Shown: positions 26,275-33,500, counted from the first letter of the stretch. The stretch is DNA of 35,804 nt from an uncultured Methanosarcinales archaeon (GCA_964383645.1 CAYLII010000003.1:1-35804), one strand, 5' to 3'. Translations and numbers: made by a program. The notes: generated from the sequence alone by a model not told the origin.

Positions 26275-27567
26275 ATGAGAGTAGCAATAATTGGATCTGG
26301 TTATGTTGGATTAGTTACGGGTACTTGTTTGTCTGAGATAGGCCACACTGTAATAAGTGTGGACAATAACGAGCAGAAAGTCGCCCAACTCAAGCGCGGC
26401 AAGGTACCCATATACGAGCCAGGCCTAGATGAGATGATGCTTCGGAATATGGAAGAGGGCAGATTGGTGTTTACAACCAGCATAAAAGAGGCAGTTAGGG
26501 CTTCTGACATAATATTCATCGCAGTTGGCACTCCTCCCAGAGAAGACGGCAGCGCAGACCTTAGCTATGTGGAAAATGTTGCCAAGCAGATAGCAGAGTC
26601 AATGGATTCTTATAAGATAATAGTGGAGAAAAGCACAGTCCCCGTAGAGACCGGTGAAAAAGTCAAGAGGACAATACAGCTCTACAACAAGAGAGGCATA
26701 GAATTTGATGTGGTATCTAATCCGGAATTTCTCAAAGAGGGAGATGCCATGGAGGATTTCATGCACCCAGACAGGATAGTGATAGGGGTTGACACCAAAA
26801 AAGCAGAGAACATGATGAGGGAGCTCTACAAGCCAATTGACACAAAAATAATAGTTACAGACATAAAGAGCGCCGAGATCATAAAGCATGCCAGCAACTC
26901 TTTCCTTGCAACAAAGATAAGCTTCATCAATGCAGTCTCCCAGATCTGCGAGAAAACCGGCGCCGACGTTAAGAAAGTTGCAGAAGGCATGGGCGCAGAC
27001 AGCAGGATAGGCCACAAATTCCTTGGAGCAGGGATAGGGTACGGCGGAAGCTGCTTTCCCAAGGATGTGGACGCATTCATAAAGATAGCTGAAAAGAACG
27101 GCTATGATTTCAAGATGCTAAAAGAGGTGCAGGCCGTCAACAAGCACCAGCGCCAGCACTTCATAAGGAAAATACATGACACACTATGGGTAGTAAGAGA
27201 CAAGCACATAGCAGTATGGGGTCTCTCCTTCAAACCAAACACGGATGACATGAGGGAAGCGCCATCAATAGATGTGATAAACTCGCTCCAGAAAGAGGGC
27301 GCAAAGGTAAGGGTATACTGCCCAGGCGCGATGGACAAGGCAAGGGAGATGCTATCAAATGTGGAGTACTGCTCAAACCCCTATGAAGCAGTAGATGACG
27401 CGGATGCCCTGGTAATAATGACAGACTGGGTGCACTTCAAGGAGGCGGACATGGAAAAGGTAAAGGGTCTCCTGAAAAACCCAATTGTGCTTGATGCAAG
27501 GAACATGCATGAGCCCTCGGTAATGAGGGAACTAGGATTTGAATACCACTGCATCGGCAGGAAATAA
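26275..27567 (+). CDS. ugd: UDP-glucose 6-dehydrogenase
   Basis: N-terminal Rossmann motif MRVAIIGSGYVGLVTG, the catalytic-Cys block GYGGSCFPKD, and a C-terminal UDP-binding domain. Confidence 0.92.
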   Translation: MRVAIIGSGYVGLVTGTCLSEIGHTVISVDNNEQKVAQLKRGKVPIYEPGLDEMMLRNMEEGRLVFTTSIKEAVRASDIIFIAVGTPPREDGSADLSYVENVAKQIAESMDSYKIIVEKSTVPVETGEKVKRTIQLYNKRGIEFDVVSNPEFLKEGDAMEDFMHPDRIVIGVDTKKAENMMRELYKPIDTKIIVTDIKSAEIIKHASNSFLATKISFINAVSQICEKTGADVKKVAEGMGADSRIGHKFLGAGIGYGGSCFPKDVDAFIKIAEKNGYDFKMLKEVQAVNKHQRQHFIRKIHDTLWVVRDKHIAVWGLSFKPNTDDMREAPSIDVINSLQKEGAKVRVYCPGAMDKAREMLSNVEYCSNPYEAVDDADALVIMTDWVHFKEADMEKVKGLLKNPIVLDARNMHEPSVMRELGFEYHCIGRK

Positions 27568-27568
27568 T

Positions 27569-28537
27569 ATGGCACCTAAACTCATCTCTCAAAAAAGAAT
27601 CCTTGTTGCAGGTGGCGCAGGATTTCTAGGCAGTCATCTCTGCAGATATCTTGTCAACAAGGGTGAAGAGGTCCTCTGCATCGACAACCTCTGCACAGGC
27701 AGAGCCGCAAACATAAAAGACCTTCTAAAGAGGCAAAACTTCAGGTTTGTCCAGCATGATATAATCGCCCCGCTAAAGATAAAGGGCAGGCTGGACCAGA
27801 TATATGACATGGCCTCCAGGGCAAGCCCGCCAAACTATCAGTCAGAGCCAGTCCACACAATGCTCACCAACGCAATAGGGACTAACAACCTGCTCAGGCT
27901 CGCCATGGAAAAGAAGGCAAGGTTCTTCTTTGCAAGCACTTCAGAGGTCTATGGCGACCCTGAAGAACACCCCCAGAAAGAGAGCTACTGGGGGCATGTA
28001 AATCCAATTGGTGTGAGAAGCTGCTATGACGAGAGCAAAAGATTCGGAGAGGCGCTCTGCATGGCCTACATGCGAAGGCATGGAGTGGACATAAGGATAG
28101 TGAGAATCTTCAATACATACGGTCCGTACATGCAGAAGGATGATGGGAGGGTTGTGACCAACCTCATAAACCAGGCACTCAAAGGCGAAGACATGACTAT
28201 TTACGGAGACGGGAAGCAGACAAGGTCATTCTGCTATGTAGAGGACGAGATTGAAGGTATATACCTGCTCATGAACTCAAAAATAACCGGACCCGTTAAC
28301 ATAGGAAATCCAAAAGAGTTCACTATGCTCGAGCTTGCAAAGCTCATAAAAAAACTCACAGGAACAAACTCCAGGCTGGTCTACAGGCCGCTTCCTTCAG
28401 ATGACCCGCTCCAGAGGAGGCCGGATATCTCTCTAGCAAAAAAAGAACTGGGGTGGGAGCCCAAGATCCCGCTCAAAGAGGGAATAGCAAGGACAATAGA
28501 ATTCTTTAGGAGCCAAGGGCATATGAATTCCCGATAA
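27569..28537 (+). CDS. uxs: UDP-glucuronate decarboxylase (UDP-xylose synthase), SDR family
   Basis: ILVAGGAGFLGSHLCRYL, STSEVYGDP, YDESKR (YxxxK) and RIFNTYGP. ATG 27569 lies 2 nt after the ugd stop. Confidence 0.85.
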   Translation: MAPKLISQKRILVAGGAGFLGSHLCRYLVNKGEEVLCIDNLCTGRAANIKDLLKRQNFRFVQHDIIAPLKIKGRLDQIYDMASRASPPNYQSEPVHTMLTNAIGTNNLLRLAMEKKARFFFASTSEVYGDPEEHPQKESYWGHVNPIGVRSCYDESKRFGEALCMAYMRRHGVDIRIVRIFNTYGPYMQKDDGRVVTNLINQALKGEDMTIYGDGKQTRSFCYVEDEIEGIYLLMNSKITGPVNIGNPKEFTMLELAKLIKKLTGTNSRLVYRPLPSDDPLQRRPDISLAKKELGWEPKIPLKEGIARTIEFFRSQGHMNSR

Positions 28538-28617
28538 CCCTATAATTCTCTTAGAATCTATTTTTTTCTTTGATCCATGCAAAGTTTTATATCTGCTCCA
28601 AGAACCGCTTTAGCGGT

Positions 28618-29334
28618 ATGAAATTTGGCAATCTCACCATCATAGGCACAAGCCACATCGCAAAAGAGAGCGTAGAAGAGATAAAGGGGTTCTTCAAAGA
28701 GGAAAAGCCAGACCTTGCGGCAATCGAGCTTGACCACCAGAGGTATCTTTCTATCACTTCAGGAAAACGGCAGAAGCCAAGCCTTGCTATGATCCCTAAA
28801 GTGGGCTTGCATGGGTTCATCTTTCTGATCATGGGGCATTGGGCCCAGGGAGCGCTTGGGAAGATGGTTGGTGTCGAGCCAGGCTCTGAGATGCTCACAA
28901 CCATAAAACTGGCCAAAAAGCACAAAGTTCCTCTCGCCCTGATAGACCAGGATATCCAGATAACCCTGAAGAGATTCTCTATAATTCCTGCAAGGGAAAA
29001 AGCCAGGCTGCTATGGGATGTATTTACAGGTCTTGTCACAAGAGGCTCAGACCTGAAAAAGATGGGGATAACCTCTGTCGACCTGGAGAGGGTGCCTGAC
29101 AGCGCACTTATCTCAAAGCTAATGGGCATGATGAGGAAACGATACCCCTATCTCTACAGGGTGCTTGTGGAAGAAAGAAACCTATACATGGCAAGAAACC
29201 TGTTCGGGATAATCTCATCAAATCCTGATAAAAGAGTGCTTGCGGTAGTTGGCGCGGGCCATGAAGAAGAGATACTCTCACTTGTAAAATTATATCTCGC
29301 CCATGCCAATAAACTTGCCAGCGCGGCAGTTTAA
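28618..29334 (+). CDS. TraB/PrgY-family protein
   Basis: LTIIGTSHIAKESVEEIKGFFKEEKPDLAAIELDHQRY and C-terminal VVGAGHEE, as in the TraB family. ATG 28618 is preferred. Confidence 0.75.
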   Translation: MKFGNLTIIGTSHIAKESVEEIKGFFKEEKPDLAAIELDHQRYLSITSGKRQKPSLAMIPKVGLHGFIFLIMGHWAQGALGKMVGVEPGSEMLTTIKLAKKHKVPLALIDQDIQITLKRFSIIPAREKARLLWDVFTGLVTRGSDLKKMGITSVDLERVPDSALISKLMGMMRKRYPYLYRVLVEERNLYMARNLFGIISSNPDKRVLAVVGAGHEEEILSLVKLYLAHANKLASAAV

Positions 29335-29339
29335 TAACA

Positions 29340-29347
29340 TTTAAATA
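29340..29347 (+). promoter_or_regulatory. TATA box upstream of tRNA-Trp
   Basis: TTTAAATA centred about 32 nt upstream of tRNA position 1. Confidence 0.55.
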
Positions 29348-29375
29348 TGCTCTCGGATTTCTGTGACGATAGCCT

Positions 29376-29573
29376 GGGGACGTGGTGTAACTTGGCTATC
29401 ACAGTTGGCTCCAGAACTGGAGCGCCGAGCTAAAAGCGATGACGAGAACGTGGTGTGTCCGGCGGATGAAGACACCAGCTGATCAGGGTTCAAAACAACA
29501 GACACTCTTTTGAAAACTGCGCCCGCGAAAACGGCGAAGATGGGTTCTGTTGGTGAAAGTCCCTGCGTCCCCA
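29376..29573 (+). tRNA. tRNA-Trp (anticodon CCA) with two introns (29415-29473 at 37/38; 29495-29559 at 59/60)
   Basis: Manual cloverleaf parse: GGGGACG TG GTGT AACTTGGCTA TCAC A GTTGG CTCCAG|intron1|A CCAGC TGAT CAGGG TTCAAA|intron2|T CCCTG CGTCCCC A. The acceptor stem has 7 Watson-Crick pairs and the T-arm becomes canonical after splicing. Bulge-helix-bulge geometry is present at both introns. A T-tract terminator follows. Confidence 0.8.
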
Positions 29574-29586
29574 TTTTTTCTTTTTT
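29574..29586 (+). terminator. T-tract terminator after tRNA-Trp
   Basis: TTTTTTCTTTTTT begins immediately after the discriminator A. Confidence 0.55.
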
Positions 29587-29668
29587 CTATCTTTCTCACC
29601 ACCTTCCCATATCCTTCTCCCACACAACTAATCGCCATAGCAAACTATAAATACCCTCTTGCTTGGGA

Positions 29669-30820
29669 ATGTCTCTCATGAAAGATAATCCCTCTCTTGA
29701 AGCAGTCTCTACACTTGTGGGTACAGTCATAGGCGCGGGTGTTTTGGGAATACCCTATCTTATAGCAAAAGCAGGCATCCTGAACGGCATAATCCTGATA
29801 GTCCTACTTGGTGCTGCTCTCACTATCCTCTATCTCTACTATGGTGAGATTGTTCTCAGGACAAAAAAGCTTCACCATCTTTCAGGTTATGCCGATAAAT
29901 ACCTGGGGAAATGGGGGAAGCTTGTTGCCACAGTCTCATTCATAATAAGCATGTATGGTGCGTTGGTGGCTTATCTTTTTGGCTCAGGCGCAGCCCTATC
30001 CTCTATTTTCGGGGGCGCTAGCATGCTATATAGCCTTGGGTTTATGGCCGTATGCGCAGGATTAATTTATATCGGAATAAAGGCGGTGGAACGCTCAGAG
30101 CCGGTTTTGATGATGGTAATAATTGTGTTAATCATCACCATATGTACGCTTAATTTTGGAAAGATCCATCCTGAAAATCTCACTGGCTTCAGACTTGACA
30201 CGCTGCTAATCCCCTATGGTGTGATAATGTTTGCCCTTTTTGGCGCAAACGCCATACCTGAGATGAAAGAAGAGCTGGCAGGGCATGAAAAAAACTTAGG
30301 GAAATGCATCATTCTCGGGATGCTTATCCCTGTAATAATCTATATCCTGTTCAGCACAGTGGTTGTGGGTGTGGTGGGAGCTGGCGGATTTGAGGCGCTT
30401 GATCAGGATAGCAGGATAGCTTCAATAGCGCTAGTACAATATGTTGGCCCGCATATGGCTGTTCTTGGAAACCTTTTTGCGGTCTTTGCAATCACTACCT
30501 CTTTCTTGTCTGTTGGGCTCTCCCTAAAAGAGATGTTCATGTTCGATTTTGGCCTAAACCCGAAACAGGCCATGTTTCTCACATTCCTGCCTCCTCTTGT
30601 GCCGTTCCTGTTCCGGCTGACTTCTTTTATAGATGTGCTTGAGATAATGGGCATAGCTGTTGGCGGCATCACTGCATTTCTCATAGTGCTCATGTTCTGG
30701 AACGCGAAAAAAGAGGGTGAGAGAAAGCCAGAATATTCGCTTAGCCCAAACCCGGCGATAGGATTATTCCTCTTGGGCTTAGTGCTGCTTGGCACTATTT
30801 ATTCCTTATTTATGCTCTAA
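29669..30820 (+). CDS. amino acid permease (Trp/Tyr-permease or AAAP-like family)
   Basis: About 11 TM helices. The N-terminal VGTVIGAGVLGIPYLIAKAG resembles the signature of aromatic and other amino-acid transporters of this superfamily. The substrate is not inferable. Confidence 0.7.
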   Translation: MSLMKDNPSLEAVSTLVGTVIGAGVLGIPYLIAKAGILNGIILIVLLGAALTILYLYYGEIVLRTKKLHHLSGYADKYLGKWGKLVATVSFIISMYGALVAYLFGSGAALSSIFGGASMLYSLGFMAVCAGLIYIGIKAVERSEPVLMMVIIVLIITICTLNFGKIHPENLTGFRLDTLLIPYGVIMFALFGANAIPEMKEELAGHEKNLGKCIILGMLIPVIIYILFSTVVVGVVGAGGFEALDQDSRIASIALVQYVGPHMAVLGNLFAVFAITTSFLSVGLSLKEMFMFDFGLNPKQAMFLTFLPPLVPFLFRLTSFIDVLEIMGIAVGGITAFLIVLMFWNAKKEGERKPEYSLSPNPAIGLFLLGLVLLGTIYSLFML

Positions 30821-30829
30821 TATCTTGCC

Positions 30830-31405
30830 CTAGTTCTGTTTCCTGGCACCGAGCACAGAGATGAGAATTATAAGGATTATGAATCCTAGGGCAATATATC
30901 CTGCATAGGTTAATATGAACTCTTTGGCGCCATCCATAAATGGGCTGCTTTTAGCAGTCTGGTTCATGGCAGATCCTGGCTCTTCTATAAGAACTGCCTG
31001 TTCATTGCTTAAGTTCAGTATGGCTTCCTGTTCAGGCGTTTCAGCCACCTCCTCACTTAAATTGGCCGCCCCAATCTCTAAACCCTTTGGGGTGGCATCT
31101 TTGGTTGTTGCAATGCTCATTCCGGTCTTGACAAGATAGAACAGCATTAGGGCAATTCCGCAAATCAGGATAATGAGAATTATTGCCCTGGCAATACCCC
31201 TAATCCAGGCAAATCTCTTTTTTTCAGTAGGCTTGTCCAGTTTAGGGTTTCCCAGCCTTATCCTCTCATAATACCTCTTCCTGCTATAGAATATAAGAAG
31301 AATAACAAGCAGGATGAAAAATATGATGAGCAGGCCTGCTCCCACAACCAGGCCAGCACCCAATATATCCTTATAACTGATGTGCATAACCTGGTTTAGC
31401 TCCAT
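30830..31405 (-). CDS. hypothetical membrane protein (3 TM)
   Basis: Three clear hydrophobic helices separated by basic and acidic loops. I recognise no family. Confidence 0.55.
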   Translation of the reverse strand: MELNQVMHISYKDILGAGLVVGAGLLIIFFILLVILLIFYSRKRYYERIRLGNPKLDKPTEKKRFAWIRGIARAIILIILICGIALMLFYLVKTGMSIATTKDATPKGLEIGAANLSEEVAETPEQEAILNLSNEQAVLIEEPGSAMNQTAKSSPFMDGAKEFILTYAGYIALGFIILIILISVLGARKQN

Positions 31406-31514
31406 TTTAAATCCCCTTCACCACTTGAAAATAGATTCAACTTTATATGCCTTTCTGTGGGAATGCTAGAAAGGTTTATAAAAGACGGAAAACCCCCTAC
31501 AGGTTGGAGTTAAA

Positions 31515-31709
31515 ATGGGAAGAATAAAGACAGCAATGATAAAGAGAGTCACCAACAAGTTGGTGCAGCAGCATAGAGATGACTTCAAGAACAACTTCGA
31601 CGACAACAAAAAGCTTGTGACCAATTTTGCAGACATAAAGTCTAAGAAAATACGAAACGTGATAGCAGGCTACGTTACCAGGCAGATTAACGCAAAACCC
31701 ATTAAGTGA
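31515..31709 (+). CDS. rps17e: 30S ribosomal protein S17e
   Basis: MGRIKTAMIKRVTNKLV...FDDNKKLV...IRNVIAGYVTR. Confidence 0.9.
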   Translation: MGRIKTAMIKRVTNKLVQQHRDDFKNNFDDNKKLVTNFADIKSKKIRNVIAGYVTRQINAKPIK

Positions 31710-31720
31710 GGTGGTCAGAG

Positions 31721-32002
31721 ATGGCAGCGGACAACTCCATCTTCATCGGGAACAAGCCTTTCATGAACTATGTCACGGCAGTCGTGATGCAGTTCACGGT
31801 GAAGAATGCAGACGAGGTTACAGTAAAGGCAAGGGGAAAGTTCATATCCCGCGCAGTGGACGTGGCAGAGGTCGCGGTTAAGAGATTTCTAGAGGGCCAG
31901 GTTGAGATAGGCGATATACATATCGACTCAGAGGAGTTTGAGAACAAGGAAGGAAAGCAGGTAAGGGTCTCTACAATGGAGATACTCATCCGGCGCAAGT
32001 AA
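31721..32002 (+). CDS. albA: Alba (Sso10b) DNA/RNA-binding protein
   Basis: NSIFIGNKPFMNYVTAVVMQF...VTVKARGKFISRAVDVAEV. GAGGTGG lies 7 nt upstream of ATG 31721. Confidence 0.88.
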   Translation: MAADNSIFIGNKPFMNYVTAVVMQFTVKNADEVTVKARGKFISRAVDVAEVAVKRFLEGQVEIGDIHIDSEEFENKEGKQVRVSTMEILIRRK

Positions 32003-32045
32003 TTTCCTAGTCCTTTTTCATCAGGCAGTTTATCTATTCCATAGA

Positions 32046-32055
32046 TTTTAAATAT
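32046..32055 (+). promoter_or_regulatory. TATA box upstream of tRNA-Arg
   Basis: TTTTAAATAT centred about 30 nt upstream of tRNA position 1. Confidence 0.55.
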
Positions 32056-32080
32056 CCCCCTCAATACTTGAGTTAATACT

Positions 32081-32206
32081 GGGCCTGTAGCATAGCGGAT
32101 AGTGCGGTCGGCTTCGGAACCCATAAGGAAATGCGGGCGCCTGTGTCCGCATCCAGTGAATGGGTGGTGATACCGATTGACCCGGGTTCGAATCCTGGCA
32201 GGCTCG
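32081..32206 (+). tRNA. tRNA-Arg (anticodon UCG) with a 54-nt intron at 37/38 (32118-32171)
   Basis: GGGCCTG TA GCAT AGCGGATA GTGC G GTCGG CTTCGG|intron|A CCGAT TGAC CCGGG TTCGAAT CCTGG CAGGCTC G. The BHB has bulges GG|A (32116-18) and AT|A (32170-72), a 4-position central helix CUUC/GGUG (one U.U, one G.U) and a 6-bp inner helix ACCCAT/ATGGGT. Confidence 0.9.
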
Positions 32207-32263
32207 TGAGCGTTAGCGAGCGAACTGACAGGTCAGGAACAAAGCTTAGGCGAAGTGACTATA

Positions 32264-32277
32264 CCTGGCAGGCTCGT
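32264..32277 (+). repeat. second copy of the tRNA-Arg 3' end (CCTGGCAGGCTCGT)
   Basis: Exact 14-nt direct repeat of 32194-32207 (T-stem 3' strand plus acceptor 3' strand plus discriminator). Confidence 0.8.
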
Positions 32278-32372
32278 TTCTGCTTATTCTCCGCCTCTTT
32301 TTGCCAATATATAAATATCCAAAAGCTATTTAAATACCCTCAAGTTCCCATAAGCGGTCAATCGGTGGAAAA

Positions 32373-32639
32373 ATGAATGAAGGAGCCAAGAAATCAAACA
32401 GGGTAAGAAGGATAGTCAGAAAGACTCCCGGAGCAAGGCATGTGTTCCATTACGAGCACAAGGGCCCTCACAAGGCAGTGTGCAGCAAATGCGGAAGCCA
32501 GCTCCACGGTGTTGCCAGCGAGAGGGGTTTCATCATGAGATCGCTCTCCAAGACAGAGAAGAGGCCCTCCAGGCCATACGGCGGAGTGCTGTGCGCTAAA
32601 TGCACTAGAGAGCTGCAGAAGGCCAAGGCCAGGCAGTAA
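32373..32639 (+). CDS. rpl34e: 50S ribosomal protein L34e
   Basis: RKTPGARHVFHYEHKGPHKAVCSKCGSQLHGV...RPYGGVLCAKC. Confidence 0.9.
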   Translation: MNEGAKKSNRVRRIVRKTPGARHVFHYEHKGPHKAVCSKCGSQLHGVASERGFIMRSLSKTEKRPSRPYGGVLCAKCTRELQKAKARQ

Positions 32640-32654
32640 AGGAAGGTAAATAAA

Positions 32655-33017
32655 ATGATGGAAATAGGAAGGGTTTGTGTCAAAATCGCAGGCAGAGATG
32701 CCGGTACAAGATGCGTGATAGTCAAGGTTCTGGACAATACATTTGTCATGATAGATGGTGAGGCGAGAGCCAGGAAATGCAACATGAGGCACCTGGAGCC
32801 GACTGCTACTCTGCTTGAGATATCAGAGGGAGCAAGCCATGCAAAGGTCATAAGCGCCCTTAAGGATGCCGGAATCGAGCCAAAGGAGTGGAAGAAGGCG
32901 GAAAAAAAGACTGCAAAGTCAGAAAAGCCAAAGAAAATAAGAGGCTCAGCCGCCAAAGCGCAGAAAGAAGAGAAAAGCTCTTCTAAGCCCAAGGCAAAAA
33001 AGCCGGCCAAGAAATAA
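32655..33017 (+). CDS. rpl14e: 50S ribosomal protein L14e with Lys-rich C-terminal extension
   Basis: The KOW-type N-terminus EIGRVCVKIAGRDAGTRCVIVKVLDNTFVMIDG..RKCNMRHLEPT is followed by a K/A/E-rich tail of roughly 45 aa. Confidence 0.88.
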   Translation: MMEIGRVCVKIAGRDAGTRCVIVKVLDNTFVMIDGEARARKCNMRHLEPTATLLEISEGASHAKVISALKDAGIEPKEWKKAEKKTAKSEKPKKIRGSAAKAQKEEKSSSKPKAKKPAKK

Positions 33018-33183
33018 TCACTTTAATCTTTTCATTCTTTTTTCTTTTCATCCTTTTTTTAAGCCTTAAATGCTCAGAATTCTATGGATTTGGACATCCA
33101 GTTAGGACATAACACCTGGTATGAAGACCAGAACCCAAAGAAATATATCCTCTAAAGAACAGATTCTTAAAAAAAATAAGGGC

Positions 33184-33423
33184 CTATTTGGCCTTTTTTG
33201 CGGGTTTCTGCACAACAACCTCAAACCGCTTGTTAAGCTTAACTCTCTTTAGAGTGTACTCGCCTGCCTTGAGCCCCTGGCCTGCCGCCCATCTGTTTGC
33301 GGATTCCTCGCTGGGAAAACTCTTTGGCCTGTGAGGCTTTTCAGTCGGATGGAAAAACCTGTATTGGCTTAGGTTGGTTGTCAGATTAAACTTTCTCTTG
33401 ACCTTTGTATGTATCTTTTTCAT
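33184..33423 (-). CDS. small basic hypothetical protein
   Basis: 79-aa ORF, Lys/Arg-rich, ending in KPAKKAK. I recognise no family. Confidence 0.45.
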   Translation of the reverse strand: MKKIHTKVKRKFNLTTNLSQYRFFHPTEKPHRPKSFPSEESANRWAAGQGLKAGEYTLKRVKLNKRFEVVVQKPAKKAK

Positions 33424-33500
33424 TTTCTTGTTTGCACCATCAAATTATCTATAATCAAAAACATAATATGACTTGACAAAGGAAAGCAAAACAAGGGGCT

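Noticed and set aside
28587-29129. 180-aa minus-strand ORF
   Set aside because: It is antisense to the TraB-family gene.
29552-29565. GGTGAAAGTCCCTG resembles the GGAAAGUCC (CR-I) core of RNase P RNA
   Set aside because: CR-I must lie near the 5' end of RNase P RNA, but a permease CDS begins about 100 nt downstream. No CR-IV or CR-V equivalents are visible. The motif is fully accounted for as the 3' end of the T-loop intron plus the T-stem of tRNA-Trp.
29341-29574. 77-aa minus-strand ORF from the track
   Set aside because: It lies entirely over the two-intron tRNA-Trp gene and its promoter. It has no start context or family resemblance, so it is explained by the RNA gene.
32206-32260. Possible C/D box sRNA in the spacer after tRNA-Arg (GTGAGCG ... 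CTGA ... GTGACTA)
   Set aside because: The C-like boxes match the consensus RUGAUGA at only 5 of 7 positions, and no terminal D box follows the second one. The spacing does not fit the 12-nt rule.
32131-32376. 81-aa plus-strand ORF from the track
   Set aside because: It starts inside the tRNA-Arg intron and runs through the tRNA 3' half and the duplicated 3' end. It has no coding signature.
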